Source of the DNA: a virus
Lineage: Duplodnaviria; Caudoviricetes
IMG/VR virus record: IMGVR_UViG_3300044506_000032
Coordinates: 9,814 to 73,813 of that record
Reading direction: 5' to 3' (one strand)
Length of the DNA stretch: 64,000 nucleotides
Under the pieces are notes generated by a model that saw nothing but the letters and a program-made list of their open reading frames with translations, did not search any database and was not told the DNA's origin. Shown here one piece after another: positions 34,798 through 43,836 of the stretch. The translations under genes were made by a program, and so were the position numbers. Numbering within the stretch: position 1 is the stretch's first letter; the number at the start of each line of letters is the position of its first letter.

Positions 34798-36951
34798 ATG
34801 AAGGTCGACTGGGACGCCGGACACGGTCCGCTCACCGGCCCCCTCAACACCGCCGGAGCAGCCCTCGCCGCCTCCTGGGCCGGACACGCCGCCCACATGC
34901 CCCCCGCATGGGCAGCCGTCGGAGCCGGCACCGGACTGATCGGCCACCACATCGCCGGCATCCGCCACCACGTCACCCGCGCGAGCCTGGCCCTGCGCGC
35001 CGCCACCTGGATCGGCGCAGGCGCCTGGTGCTCCTGGGCGCTGGCCACCACCCCCTGGTCCGCAAACAGCCTGGGCGCACTCGGCGCCGGAACCGCCGGC
35101 CTCGGCATGGCCTGGATCGGCGAGACCCGCGCGGGCCGCCGCGCCGACCAGAAGGCCGCCGAGGCCCTCGCTGCCGAACGCCGACTGGCCGCCAACGAGA
35201 GGACCAACAAGCTCGCCGCCGAATGGCAGGCCCGCTTCGCCCGCGTCTGCCACATCGACGACGTGCGCATCGTCGCCATTGAGCACTGGCCCACCGGCAG
35301 CGGCTACACCCTCGAGTGCGAGCCGCCCGCCGGCGGCACCACGTGGCGTCAGATCGCCGCCGACAGCGAACGCCTGGCCGCCGACGCCAAACTCCCCGAA
35401 GGCTGCGGCGTCCAGGTCGGCCCCGGCGCCCACCGCGGCGCGTTCCTCGTCGAGGTCACCACCGTCAACCACCTCATCGAGGACGTCGACTACCCCGAGG
35501 ACTACAGCCCGCTCAGTATCAACGAGCCGGTCCCCGTCGGCGTCTACCCGGACGGCACGACCGCCGAGCTCGACCTGCGTGAGGCCACCACCCTGCGCGT
35601 CGGCCAGCGCGGAAGCGGTAAGACGAACGAGATGAACGTCGGCATCGCCGCGGGCGTGCGCATGGTCGACAACCTCGACTGGGTCATCGACCTCAATGGC
35701 GGCGGCCTCGCCCTTGCCTGGCTCCACGCCTGGCAGAAGGCCGGGCGCCCCGGCCGGCCCCCGATCGACTGGGTCGCCGACACCCCCGAGAAGGCCCTGC
35801 TCATGTCCGAGTCCGCCGTCGCCATCGCCAAGGCACGCAAGACCGGATACAAGCACCTCGAGATCGAGGCCAACGACGACAAGACCCCCCTGAGCGCCAC
35901 CCTGCCCGGCATCCGGATCCGCTGCGATGAGATCGCCGAGCTGTTCAGCCCCAAGGCGCAGCGCGACCCGCTCCTGCGCCAGGTCGCCGCGAACCTCGTC
36001 CAGCTGGTCGAGATCGCGCGCGCCGCCGGCCTCAACGGCGACCTCGCCGGCCTGCGCGCCACCCAGGACGTCCTCAGCGAGCCCCAGCTCCTCAAGCAGT
36101 CCTTCATCCGCATCGGCCTGCGCGTCACCGACCAGGCCGAACTTGCCTACCTGTTCGGTTGGGAGGACAAGGCCACCCCCGAGGACGCCCCTTACCCGGG
36201 CTCCGGCCTCCTCAAGGTCGGCTCCGCGCCGGCGCGCCCGTTCAAGGTCTACCGGCTCAAGCCCGCCCAGATCGGCGACATCGTCGCCGCGTGCAGCGAC
36301 TTCCAGCCCGAACTCGACGACCTGTCCCGCCAGGCGGCCGGCGACGCCTACACCGACCGCTGGGAAGGAACCGACCACCTCTTCGGCCTCGCCGCCACCC
36401 CGGCCCCCGCCGCACCCGCGGCCGCCACCACCTCCGACAGCAGCGGCGAGACCCGCCGGTCCGTCACCTCCGACTGGGACAGCCCGACACCGGCACCGAA
36501 CATCGACACCACCGTCAACGACGCCATCAACGACACCGACCAGCTCCTCGGCAAGATCCACCAGGCCATGGACGAAGCCTCCAGCCAGGACGACGAGCTG
36601 AACCGGAAGTTCCTCGAGGTCCTCGGCGAAGGTGGCGCCCTGTGGAAGCCCCCCGCCGACACCGCGCCCCAGCCCGCCCCACAGCCCAACGACGACCCCA
36701 CACCCACCCCCGGCATCGCAGACGACGCCCGCTGGCCGACCGTGTTCAGCATCGTCGCCAAAGCCGGACCCGGCGGCATCGGCCCGGAAGCCATCCGGGA
36801 AGCCTTCACCACCCTGCAGCCGGACGTGCCACCCCCGTCCCGCGCGGCCATCACCGACTGGCTCAAGGCCGAACCCCAGGTCTACAAGCCCATGCGCGGC
36901 ACGTACGCCCACATCAAACACCGCACCGACACCCCCGGAGAGCAGCCATGA
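34798..36951 (+). CDS. traB: TraB FtsK/SpoIIIE-like conjugative DNA translocase
   Basis: N-terminal TM segments, Walker A GQRGSGKT (35602-25), Walker B IRIRCDE, ARAAG..LRATQ, C-terminal winged-helix-like domain. Confidence 0.8.
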   Translation: MKVDWDAGHGPLTGPLNTAGAALAASWAGHAAHMPPAWAAVGAGTGLIGHHIAGIRHHVTRASLALRAATWIGAGAWCSWALATTPWSANSLGALGAGTAGLGMAWIGETRAGRRADQKAAEALAAERRLAANERTNKLAAEWQARFARVCHIDDVRIVAIEHWPTGSGYTLECEPPAGGTTWRQIAADSERLAADAKLPEGCGVQVGPGAHRGAFLVEVTTVNHLIEDVDYPEDYSPLSINEPVPVGVYPDGTTAELDLREATTLRVGQRGSGKTNEMNVGIAAGVRMVDNLDWVIDLNGGGLALAWLHAWQKAGRPGRPPIDWVADTPEKALLMSESAVAIAKARKTGYKHLEIEANDDKTPLSATLPGIRIRCDEIAELFSPKAQRDPLLRQVAANLVQLVEIARAAGLNGDLAGLRATQDVLSEPQLLKQSFIRIGLRVTDQAELAYLFGWEDKATPEDAPYPGSGLLKVGSAPARPFKVYRLKPAQIGDIVAACSDFQPELDDLSRQAAGDAYTDRWEGTDHLFGLAATPAPAAPAAATTSDSSGETRRSVTSDWDSPTPAPNIDTTVNDAINDTDQLLGKIHQAMDEASSQDDELNRKFLEVLGEGGALWKPPADTAPQPAPQPNDDPTPTPGIADDARWPTVFSIVAKAGPGGIGPEAIREAFTTLQPDVPPPSRAAITDWLKAEPQVYKPMRGTYAHIKHRTDTPGEQP

Positions 36952-37457
36952 CCACCACCAACCTCATCCCCCAGCAGTCCGCACACCAGGAAGCCTTTGC
37001 CACCACCGACGACATCCAGGCCGGCCGGGTCACCGGCGTCGGCTACGCCGTGTCCGTGGAGAGCGGAAAGCCGATCCCCGTGTACGTCTCCGACACCCCG
37101 CCGCCCCAGCCCGCGCCCACCCCACCGACCGTGCCGGCCCCCCAGCCTCAGCAGGTCATCGTCCAGCAACAGCCCCGCGACCCGTGGCCGGCTCGCATCC
37201 TCGCCTCCGGTGGAACCATCGCGGGAGTCGCCGCCACCGTGGGCCACTTCGCGACCGAACTCGGCCAGGCCGCCCACGCAGGGGAGGCGATCGGGATCGG
37301 CGTCGGCGCGGCAGCAGCCGGCCTGTGGCTCCTGAAGGGCAGCAGCCCCAGGGTCAGCGTCACGATCAACAACAGCAACACCGGGGCCAGCTCGTCGTCC
37401 AGTTCCACCAGCAGCTCCAGTTCGGCGTCCGGCTGGAGGTCCCACTCGTCCAACTGA
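36948..37457 (+). CDS. Spd-like two-TM spread protein
   Basis: ATGA-coupled to traB; Pro-rich region, two hydrophobic helices, Ser-rich tail. Confidence 0.55.
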   Translation: MTTTNLIPQQSAHQEAFATTDDIQAGRVTGVGYAVSVESGKPIPVYVSDTPPPQPAPTPPTVPAPQPQQVIVQQQPRDPWPARILASGGTIAGVAATVGHFATELGQAAHAGEAIGIGVGAAAAGLWLLKGSSPRVSVTINNSNTGASSSSSSTSSSSSASGWRSHSSN

Positions 37458-37586
37458 CCGACCTGGTCGGCTGAACGACCATCACGCAGCGGCGCGGTGC
37501 CCCACACTCGACTCCTCGCACCGGGGGACTTGTGGCGGCACCGCGCCGTCGTGTCGCGCCCCCACCTACAGCCCGGCTCCACCAAG

Positions 37587-38015
37587 ATGAGCCGCATGGT
37601 CAAGCCACGCCTCACCGTCGACGAGCACGCGGAGCTCGGACGCACCCTCGCCGGAATCCGGGACGAACTCCAGCACCGAGCCGTCCAACTGGAAAACGCC
37701 TACCCCCGGTCCGGGATCGAAGCCCAGCCGGCGCGCAAGCTGACCGAGATCTACAAGGCCATCGACAAGGTCCGCGACCTGCTGGAGAACGCCCTCTACC
37801 GGGAACACCCCGAGGTGGCCACCACCCACATCTACAACCCGCAGCGCCAGGACCGGGCCATCGTCACCATCCCAGCCACCAGCAGCGAACCCGACTGCCC
37901 TGCCGCCGGCTGGACCGCCATCGGCACCACGCCGCTCCGCCTCATCTGCAACAACGAGCCGCACGACGGCGAGCAGCACCACGACATCGTCCACGGCGAC
38001 TGGAGAAGCCCGTGA
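37587..38015 (+). CDS. Hypothetical protein
   Basis: GC3 bias; GTGA overlap with the next gene. Confidence 0.6.
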   Translation: MSRMVKPRLTVDEHAELGRTLAGIRDELQHRAVQLENAYPRSGIEAQPARKLTEIYKAIDKVRDLLENALYREHPEVATTHIYNPQRQDRAIVTIPATSSEPDCPAAGWTAIGTTPLRLICNNEPHDGEQHHDIVHGDWRSP

Positions 38016-38686
38016 CCATCCGCGTCGGCGGCATGACCGTCCCCCTCGAAACCGCGGCCCGATGGACGGCCGCCTACTTCGACGAGGAAGCCAACCTCAC
38101 CTCGAAGAGCCCCTACGCCTACCCGTTCTACGACCGCTACGACGGCGGAGCCGAACAGGATGGCCTCAACGGAGGCGACTTCCTCGCGCCCGTCCTGCTG
38201 AACGCCAACCCGAAACTGGTCGGCTACCGCACCCTTCTCAAGCTCAAGGCTCACTTGGTGCAGGGCCTCGCAGCCATACCGCTCGACCTCACCCTCCAGA
38301 CCGCCGTCGAGGCCGACATCCACCGCGAGCTCCTCGCCTGCCTGGTACAGCCGATCGACCCGCACGGCGCGCCCGGCATCAAGCTGACCATGCTCGCAAA
38401 GGTGCTGCACCGAAAGCGCCCGCTGTTCTTCCCGGTGTACGACTCCTACGTCCGCGCGTGCTACGTCGGCCGAGCCAAGCGTTTCCCGATGCGCAACCAG
38501 ACTGGCCGACTGGACTCGGTGTTCATCGGCGAGATCGCCACCTACATGGTCGCCGACCTGGCCAGCCAGCCCGAGCCGTGGAAGCAGCTCGCCGCGATCG
38601 CGCCGGCCGGAGTGTCTCCGCTGCGCCTGCTGGACGTCGTCGCCTGGAACGCCGGACGGAAGATCGCACCTCAAGTTGACGAATAG
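38012..38686 (+). CDS. DUF6308-like protein
   Basis: YAYPFYD, KVLHRKRPLFFPVYD, SPLRLLDVVAW. Confidence 0.65.
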   Translation: MTIRVGGMTVPLETAARWTAAYFDEEANLTSKSPYAYPFYDRYDGGAEQDGLNGGDFLAPVLLNANPKLVGYRTLLKLKAHLVQGLAAIPLDLTLQTAVEADIHRELLACLVQPIDPHGAPGIKLTMLAKVLHRKRPLFFPVYDSYVRACYVGRAKRFPMRNQTGRLDSVFIGEIATYMVADLASQPEPWKQLAAIAPAGVSPLRLLDVVAWNAGRKIAPQVDE

Positions 38687-38704
38687 CCCGACTGAACTTA
38701 TCTT
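38676..38704 (+). promoter_or_regulatory. Sigma70/HrdB-type promoter heading the late region
   Basis: TTGACG-N17-TATCTT. Confidence 0.6.
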
Positions 38705-38726
38705 CTGATCAACTGGAACTTCTGTC

Positions 38727-38766
38727 GAAGGGGCCGCCCACACCGGGTGGCCCCTTTCGCATGCCC
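38727..38766 (+). terminator. Hairpin plus TTTCGCATGCCC (attenuator-like)
   Basis: GAAGGGGCCGCCC/GGGTGGCCCCTTTC stem. Confidence 0.6.
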
Positions 38767-38776
38767 GGGGGTGACC

Positions 38777-39007
38777 ATGCCTCGACTCGTCCCCGAAGAC
38801 CTCGCCGTCGCCTACACCGGCCGACCGGCGACCACGATCCGCCGCTGGGCGCACGAGGGCCGCATCAGCCGATACGGGCAGGGCCGCGGTCGAGTCCGCT
38901 ACGACCTCCTCGAACTCCACTCCGCGTGGCAGGACGACGACGGCAACGTCCACCCCGGCCCGGCCCCCGCGATGCCCGTCCAGCCGCGCGGCCGGATCGC
39001 CGCCTGA
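38777..39007 (+). CDS. MerR/excisionase-like HTH protein
   Basis: AYTGRPATTIRRWAHEGRI..RYDL. Confidence 0.7.
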   Translation: MPRLVPEDLAVAYTGRPATTIRRWAHEGRISRYGQGRGRVRYDLLELHSAWQDDDGNVHPGPAPAMPVQPRGRIAA

Positions 39008-39171
39008 TACTCCCGCCGGCCCGCACTCCCCCGCGGGCATCGGGCGGGACGGCCCGCGTTGTCCGAGGGTGCGACGCAGGGCCCAAACGGGGGTCTGCTG
39101 GCTGTCCGGCCGGACGAGAGCTGACGCCGGCCAGCGGACCCCCACCCTCACCTACGAGCGATCGGCACGTC

Positions 39172-39354
39172 TTGAGCGCTGAGAACGACGAGTGGCGTGC
39201 CCTCGACGCCCCCTTCACCGAGCCCGACGAGTGGGACCCGATCCCCGGCCACTGCTCACGCTGCGGACAGCCCGCCTACCTCGGCATCCGCCGCTGGTGG
39301 CACCTCGGCGCCGCGTGCCGACCCACCCGGCCGGCCAAGTTCATCCCCGACTGA
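39172..39354 (+). CDS. Small Cys/His protein
   Basis: TTG start; CSRCG..WWH..C. Confidence 0.4.
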   Translation: MSAENDEWRALDAPFTEPDEWDPIPGHCSRCGQPAYLGIRRWWHLGAACRPTRPAKFIPD

Positions 39355-39375
39355 CCAACCCTCAGGAGAAGCAGC

Positions 39376-39639
39376 ATGTCCAAGCCCCTCGACGAACTCA
39401 AGGCCTTCTGGGCCAAGTTCAGCACCGAGTTCCACGCCCTGGTCGAGAAGGTTCACGGCGACGAGGCCCAGCTCGCGTACGACGCCGAGAGCGACGCCGC
39501 CCAGGTCGCCGCCGACGCCAAGCCCGTCGTCGCCGAGGCCGAGCAGGACGCCACCAACCTCGAGCACGAGGCGGCCGCCGACGTCCACGCCCTCACCCAG
39601 CCGGCCAGCCCGGCGCCCGAGCCGCCCGCCGCGGCCTGA
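39376..39639 (+). CDS. Acidic helical small protein
   Basis: AGGAGA RBS; GC3-rich. Confidence 0.7.
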   Translation: MSKPLDELKAFWAKFSTEFHALVEKVHGDEAQLAYDAESDAAQVAADAKPVVAEAEQDATNLEHEAAADVHALTQPASPAPEPPAAA

Positions 39640-39687
39640 CGGTCCACCATCCCCACAACTACATAGCGGCCACCCAGGAGGAGCCCA

Positions 39688-41010
39688 ATGACACTGTCCA
39701 TGGTCACTCTGACCGGCCGCTACCAGACCCCGACCGGCGGCCCCGAGACCGGCACGGTGACGTTCACGCCGGCCACGACTCTGCAGTCGTCCTCGTCCAC
39801 AATCATCATCCAGCCGCAGCCCGTCACCGCCACCCTCGACGGCACCGGCTCGTTCTCCGTCTCCCTCCTGGCCACGGACGCGACCGGGGTCACCCCCACC
39901 GGCTGGACCTACACCGTCAGCGAGAAACTCGGCCCCGCGACCGCGCAGGTCGGCCGCACCTACAGCATCCAACTCCCGCAGGCCGTCACCCCCGTCGACC
40001 TGTCCACCATCTCCCCGGTCTCCCCGTCCGGCCCCGTCAGCCAGTTCGGAGCGCTCGGCAGCAACAACACCTGGACCGGCACCAACACGTTCTCCGCCGC
40101 GGTCGCGCTCAACGGCGGCGTCACCCTGGCCAGCGCGCTGCCCATCAACCAGGGCGGCACCGGCGCCACCAGCGCCCCGTCCGCCCGGACCGCGCTCGGC
40201 CTCGGCACCGCATCGACGTCGAACATCGACGTCACCAACACCGACATCCAGCCCCTCGGCACCCAGGCAGCCGGCAGCACCGGCCAGATCGCCGACGCCG
40301 GACACGTCCACCCGATGATCGCCGGAGCAACCACCGGCGCCCAAGGCATCGTTCAGCTCGCGGGTGACCTCGGCGGCACCGCCGCCTCCCCCTCCGTGCT
40401 CAAGGTCAACGGTGTCAGCGTCACCGGCACCCCCGCCGCCGGGTACGTCCCCTTCGCTTCCGGCACCACCGCCGCAAGCTGGTCCCCGATGGGCGTGCCC
40501 CTCAAGTCGACCTACTACTACCCGTCGGACGGTCAGGGTGGCTCGCGCACCATGACCTACCAGCTGCTGTGGATCTTCCCGTTCGACCTTCAGCGGGCCA
40601 TCACCATCACCAAGCTGGCCTGCAACGTGACCACGGCCGGCACCGCAGGCAGCACCATCCGCCTCGGCATCTACAGCTCAGACGGTGCAGGAGGCATAGG
40701 CAACCTGCTGATCGACGGCGGCACCGTCGCCGGTGACAGCACCGGCATCAAGACGGCTACCATCTCGCAGGCCGCGGGCCCCGACCGGATCTGGCTGTGC
40801 GCCGCATGGCAGGGAACCAACACCACGGCACCGGTCCTGCAGGGCTACGCCCGGTCCGCGCCGTTCATCGGCTGGAGCAGCTTCGTGCAGTTCCCCCCGT
40901 TGATGGGCTACCAGTACGCGGGCATCACCGGCGCACTGCCCGCTAGCCTGGCCGCACCGACGAGCAACGAGAACTCGATGCTGCCCGCGGTGCAGTTCAC
41001 TCCGCAGTGA
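39688..41010 (+). CDS. Tail-fibre-like virion protein
   Basis: GGTGATSAPSARTALGLG, GHVHP and GIVQLAGDLGG fibre repeats; N-terminal GTVTFTP..WTYTVSE anchor domain. Confidence 0.7.
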   Translation: MTLSMVTLTGRYQTPTGGPETGTVTFTPATTLQSSSSTIIIQPQPVTATLDGTGSFSVSLLATDATGVTPTGWTYTVSEKLGPATAQVGRTYSIQLPQAVTPVDLSTISPVSPSGPVSQFGALGSNNTWTGTNTFSAAVALNGGVTLASALPINQGGTGATSAPSARTALGLGTASTSNIDVTNTDIQPLGTQAAGSTGQIADAGHVHPMIAGATTGAQGIVQLAGDLGGTAASPSVLKVNGVSVTGTPAAGYVPFASGTTAASWSPMGVPLKSTYYYPSDGQGGSRTMTYQLLWIFPFDLQRAITITKLACNVTTAGTAGSTIRLGIYSSDGAGGIGNLLIDGGTVAGDSTGIKTATISQAAGPDRIWLCAAWQGTNTTAPVLQGYARSAPFIGWSSFVQFPPLMGYQYAGITGALPASLAAPTSNENSMLPAVQFTPQ

Positions 41011-41975
41011 CCGCCTACGGGTATCCCGTTCCGCAGCTCCCCGTCCCGCATGCCATCCCGCGCGTTGCCCCGAAGGTGCCGGCGTCGGGCAAGATGCTCA
41101 TCGGCTCGCAGGCGCTGGATCCGGTTGTTGGGCTCGGTGGCTGGCTGACCGCGGCCGGCTTGTCGAGCGTGGGCGTCTACAACCAGTTCACCCCGGCCAT
41201 GGGGAGCTGGTGGACGACGCTCCTGCAGATCGGCAGCCAAAGCGGCCAGGCCATGGTCACGTGGAACTTCCCCGGCTCGCAGGGCACGCAGGCGTCCATC
41301 GCGGCCGGCGTCGATGACGCGTACATCGTCCAGTGCGCGACCGACGCCGCGAACTGGGGCTGGCCGATCTTCGTCAGGCCGCCGTGGGAGATGAACGGCT
41401 GGTGGTACAACTGGTCGCCCTACGACGGGAGTAACAACGTCCGCGCGGGTTGCGCGCCGACGGACTACGTCGCAGCATGGCAGCACTACCGGTCGATCTT
41501 CGCCAGCATCGCCCCGAACGTGTCCTTCGTCTGGTGCCCGCACCTTTGGATCCAGGGCAACCCTGCCGGCACCAGCCCATACCTCCCGACCGACTTCTAC
41601 CCGGGCGATGCCTACGTCGACTGGATCGGCATGGACGCCTACGGCGGGGCAGCGGACTGGACGTACATGCAGACCGGCCAGGGCTACGGCATGAACAACT
41701 GGGCCGCGTTCGCGACCACCCACAACAAGCCGCTGATGCTGTGCGAATGGGCGTTGAGCGACGGCGCCACCGGCGACAGCCCCACTTGGATGTCTAACCT
41801 GACCGGCTGGATGGACGCCAACCCGATCGCCCGGGCCGCGCTGTACTTCGAGTTCAACAACGGCGCCGGGCACAACTACTTGCTGGAGTCGCTGCCGAAC
41901 TCGGCCGCTGCCTTCCGCAGCTGGCTGTCGGCCACACCCAGCCGGTTCATCACCTCCGTACCACGCAGCGGCTGA
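41007..41975 (+). CDS. Glycoside hydrolase family 26 protein
   Basis: RPPWEMNG (acid/base Glu), FVWCP, FYPGDAYVDWIGMDAY, KPLMLCEW (nucleophile Glu). Confidence 0.85.
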   Translation: MTAYGYPVPQLPVPHAIPRVAPKVPASGKMLIGSQALDPVVGLGGWLTAAGLSSVGVYNQFTPAMGSWWTTLLQIGSQSGQAMVTWNFPGSQGTQASIAAGVDDAYIVQCATDAANWGWPIFVRPPWEMNGWWYNWSPYDGSNNVRAGCAPTDYVAAWQHYRSIFASIAPNVSFVWCPHLWIQGNPAGTSPYLPTDFYPGDAYVDWIGMDAYGGAADWTYMQTGQGYGMNNWAAFATTHNKPLMLCEWALSDGATGDSPTWMSNLTGWMDANPIARAALYFEFNNGAGHNYLLESLPNSAAAFRSWLSATPSRFITSVPRSG

Positions 41976-41987
41976 GAGGGGGACCGC

Positions 41988-42506
41988 GTGCCGCCCATCG
42001 ACCCCGAAAGACGCGCCGCGGTCCTCCGCGACATCAAAGCCGGCGGCAAGTCCCTCAACCAGATCGCCAAGGACAACGCCGTCGCCAAGTCCACCGTAAG
42101 CGTCATCGCGAAAGACGCCGGCCTCACCGACGCATTCGACCGCACCCGCACCGAAGCAGCCACACGCGCCCACGCCATCGACTGCCGGGCACGACGCGAA
42201 GCACTCAAGGCCGCACTCCTTGACGACGCCGAGCGGCTACGCGACCGGGCCTGGTCGGCCTACGAGGTAGTCGTCGAAAGCCGGGCGACCGGACCAAGCC
42301 GGCTCACCCTCGACCTGCCACCCCTCCAGGACGTCCGCGCAGCGTACGCGGCGATCGGCATCGCGATCGACAAGAGCGTCCGCCTCGAGCAGTACGACTC
42401 CACCGACAGCGACGTCGACGCCAAGAGCATGCTCGGCGCCCTCGCAGAAGGCATCCGCCAGTACGCGAACACCTCGGGGCCGGAGGGAGCGGACACCGAC
42501 GGCTGA
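41988..42506 (+). CDS. Terminase small subunit (HTH)
   Basis: N-terminal HTH and coiled coil; directly before TerL. Confidence 0.75.
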   Translation: MPPIDPERRAAVLRDIKAGGKSLNQIAKDNAVAKSTVSVIAKDAGLTDAFDRTRTEAATRAHAIDCRARREALKAALLDDAERLRDRAWSAYEVVVESRATGPSRLTLDLPPLQDVRAAYAAIGIAIDKSVRLEQYDSTDSDVDAKSMLGALAEGIRQYANTSGPEGADTDG

Positions 42507-42523
42507 CAGCAGGGAGCGGACCG

Positions 42524-43810
42524 GTGAACCTCAACAACCTTCCGCTCTCCGACAAGCAGCTTCGGTCCATCGCGCAGTCCGAACGGCATCGCCTGTCAAT
42601 CTGGAGCGGCGCGGTACGCTCCGGAAAGACCATCGCCTCGCTGGTGGCGTTCCTCATCGCACTCGCCGCGGCCCCGTCCTCAGGGCTGATCGTGATCGTC
42701 GGACGGTCCCTGCAAACCATCGAGCGGAACATCCTCGAACCCATGCAGGACCCAGCATTGTTCGGACCACTCGCCAAGCACGTCCACCACACGCGCGGCG
42801 CAACCACCGCGGTGATCCTCGGCCGCACCGTGCACCTGATCGGCGCCTCCGACGCTCGCGCCGAAGGCCGTATTCGAGGCGCCACCGTGTGCCTCGCCAT
42901 GGCAGACGAGATCACGCTCCTGCCCGAGGGGTTCTTCAACCAGCTCCTCGCGCGTCTCTCCGTGCCCGGCGCCCGGCTGATCGGAACCACTAACCCCGAC
43001 TCGCCGGCGCACTGGCTGCGCCGCAACTTCCTGCTCCGCGAAGGCGAGCTTGACCTCGGGGCATGGCAGTTCACCCTCGACGACAACCCGTCCCTGGCGC
43101 CCGCCTACGTCGAGGCCCTGAAAGCCGAGTACGTGGGCCTGTGGTACCGCCGGTTCATCCTCGGCGAGTGGTGCGCAGCCGAGGGCGCGATCTTCGACAT
43201 GTGGGACCCCGACCTGCACGTCGCCGACATCCTGCCGCCCATCCGGTCGTGGCTGTGCGCCGCGATCGACTACGGCACCACCAACCCGCTGCACTGCGTA
43301 CTTCTCGGTATCGGCACCGACTCGTGCCTGTACGCCGTCTCCGAGTGGCGCTACGACTCACGGCAGTCCCGCCGGCAGATGACCGACTCGGAGTACACGC
43401 AGCGGATCCGCACCTGGCTGCAGGAGGTACCCGTGCCGGCGTCCCGGCGTGCGGATGGCAGCTGGCTGCGCGGCGTTCAGCCGCACTACATCGTCGTGGA
43501 CCCGTCGGCGGCGTCGCTGCGCACGCAGCTGCACCGCGAGGGCCTGAACCCGGTGGCCGGGAACAATGCCGTCCTCGACGGTATCCGGACGGTGTCGAGC
43601 CTTTTCGCGGCGAACCGACTGAAGGTCAGCCGGGACTGTCCGCAGCTCATCGCAGAAGTGCCTGGATACAGCTGGGATGACCAGGCCGCCGCGAAGGGCG
43701 AGGACAAGCCCATCAAGGTCGCCGACCACGGCGTGGACGCACTCCGCTATGCCGTGATGACCACGCGAAGCATGTGGCAGCACGAGATCCAACTCGCCAC
43801 CGCCGCCTAA
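42524..43810 (+). CDS. terL: Terminase large subunit, PBSX family
   Basis: GAVRSGKT (Walker A), ADE (Walker B), GTTNP, IDYGTTNP, DHGVDALRY. Confidence 0.95.
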   Translation: MNLNNLPLSDKQLRSIAQSERHRLSIWSGAVRSGKTIASLVAFLIALAAAPSSGLIVIVGRSLQTIERNILEPMQDPALFGPLAKHVHHTRGATTAVILGRTVHLIGASDARAEGRIRGATVCLAMADEITLLPEGFFNQLLARLSVPGARLIGTTNPDSPAHWLRRNFLLREGELDLGAWQFTLDDNPSLAPAYVEALKAEYVGLWYRRFILGEWCAAEGAIFDMWDPDLHVADILPPIRSWLCAAIDYGTTNPLHCVLLGIGTDSCLYAVSEWRYDSRQSRRQMTDSEYTQRIRTWLQEVPVPASRRADGSWLRGVQPHYIVVDPSAASLRTQLHREGLNPVAGNNAVLDGIRTVSSLFAANRLKVSRDCPQLIAEVPGYSWDDQAAAKGEDKPIKVADHGVDALRYAVMTTRSMWQHEIQLATAA

Positions 43811-43836
43811 CCCCAATCAGGAGAGGCGGTGCAGTG

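Noticed and set aside
32933-36921. 619-aa and 773-aa minus-strand ORFs
   Set aside because: Shadows of the traA-like and traB genes
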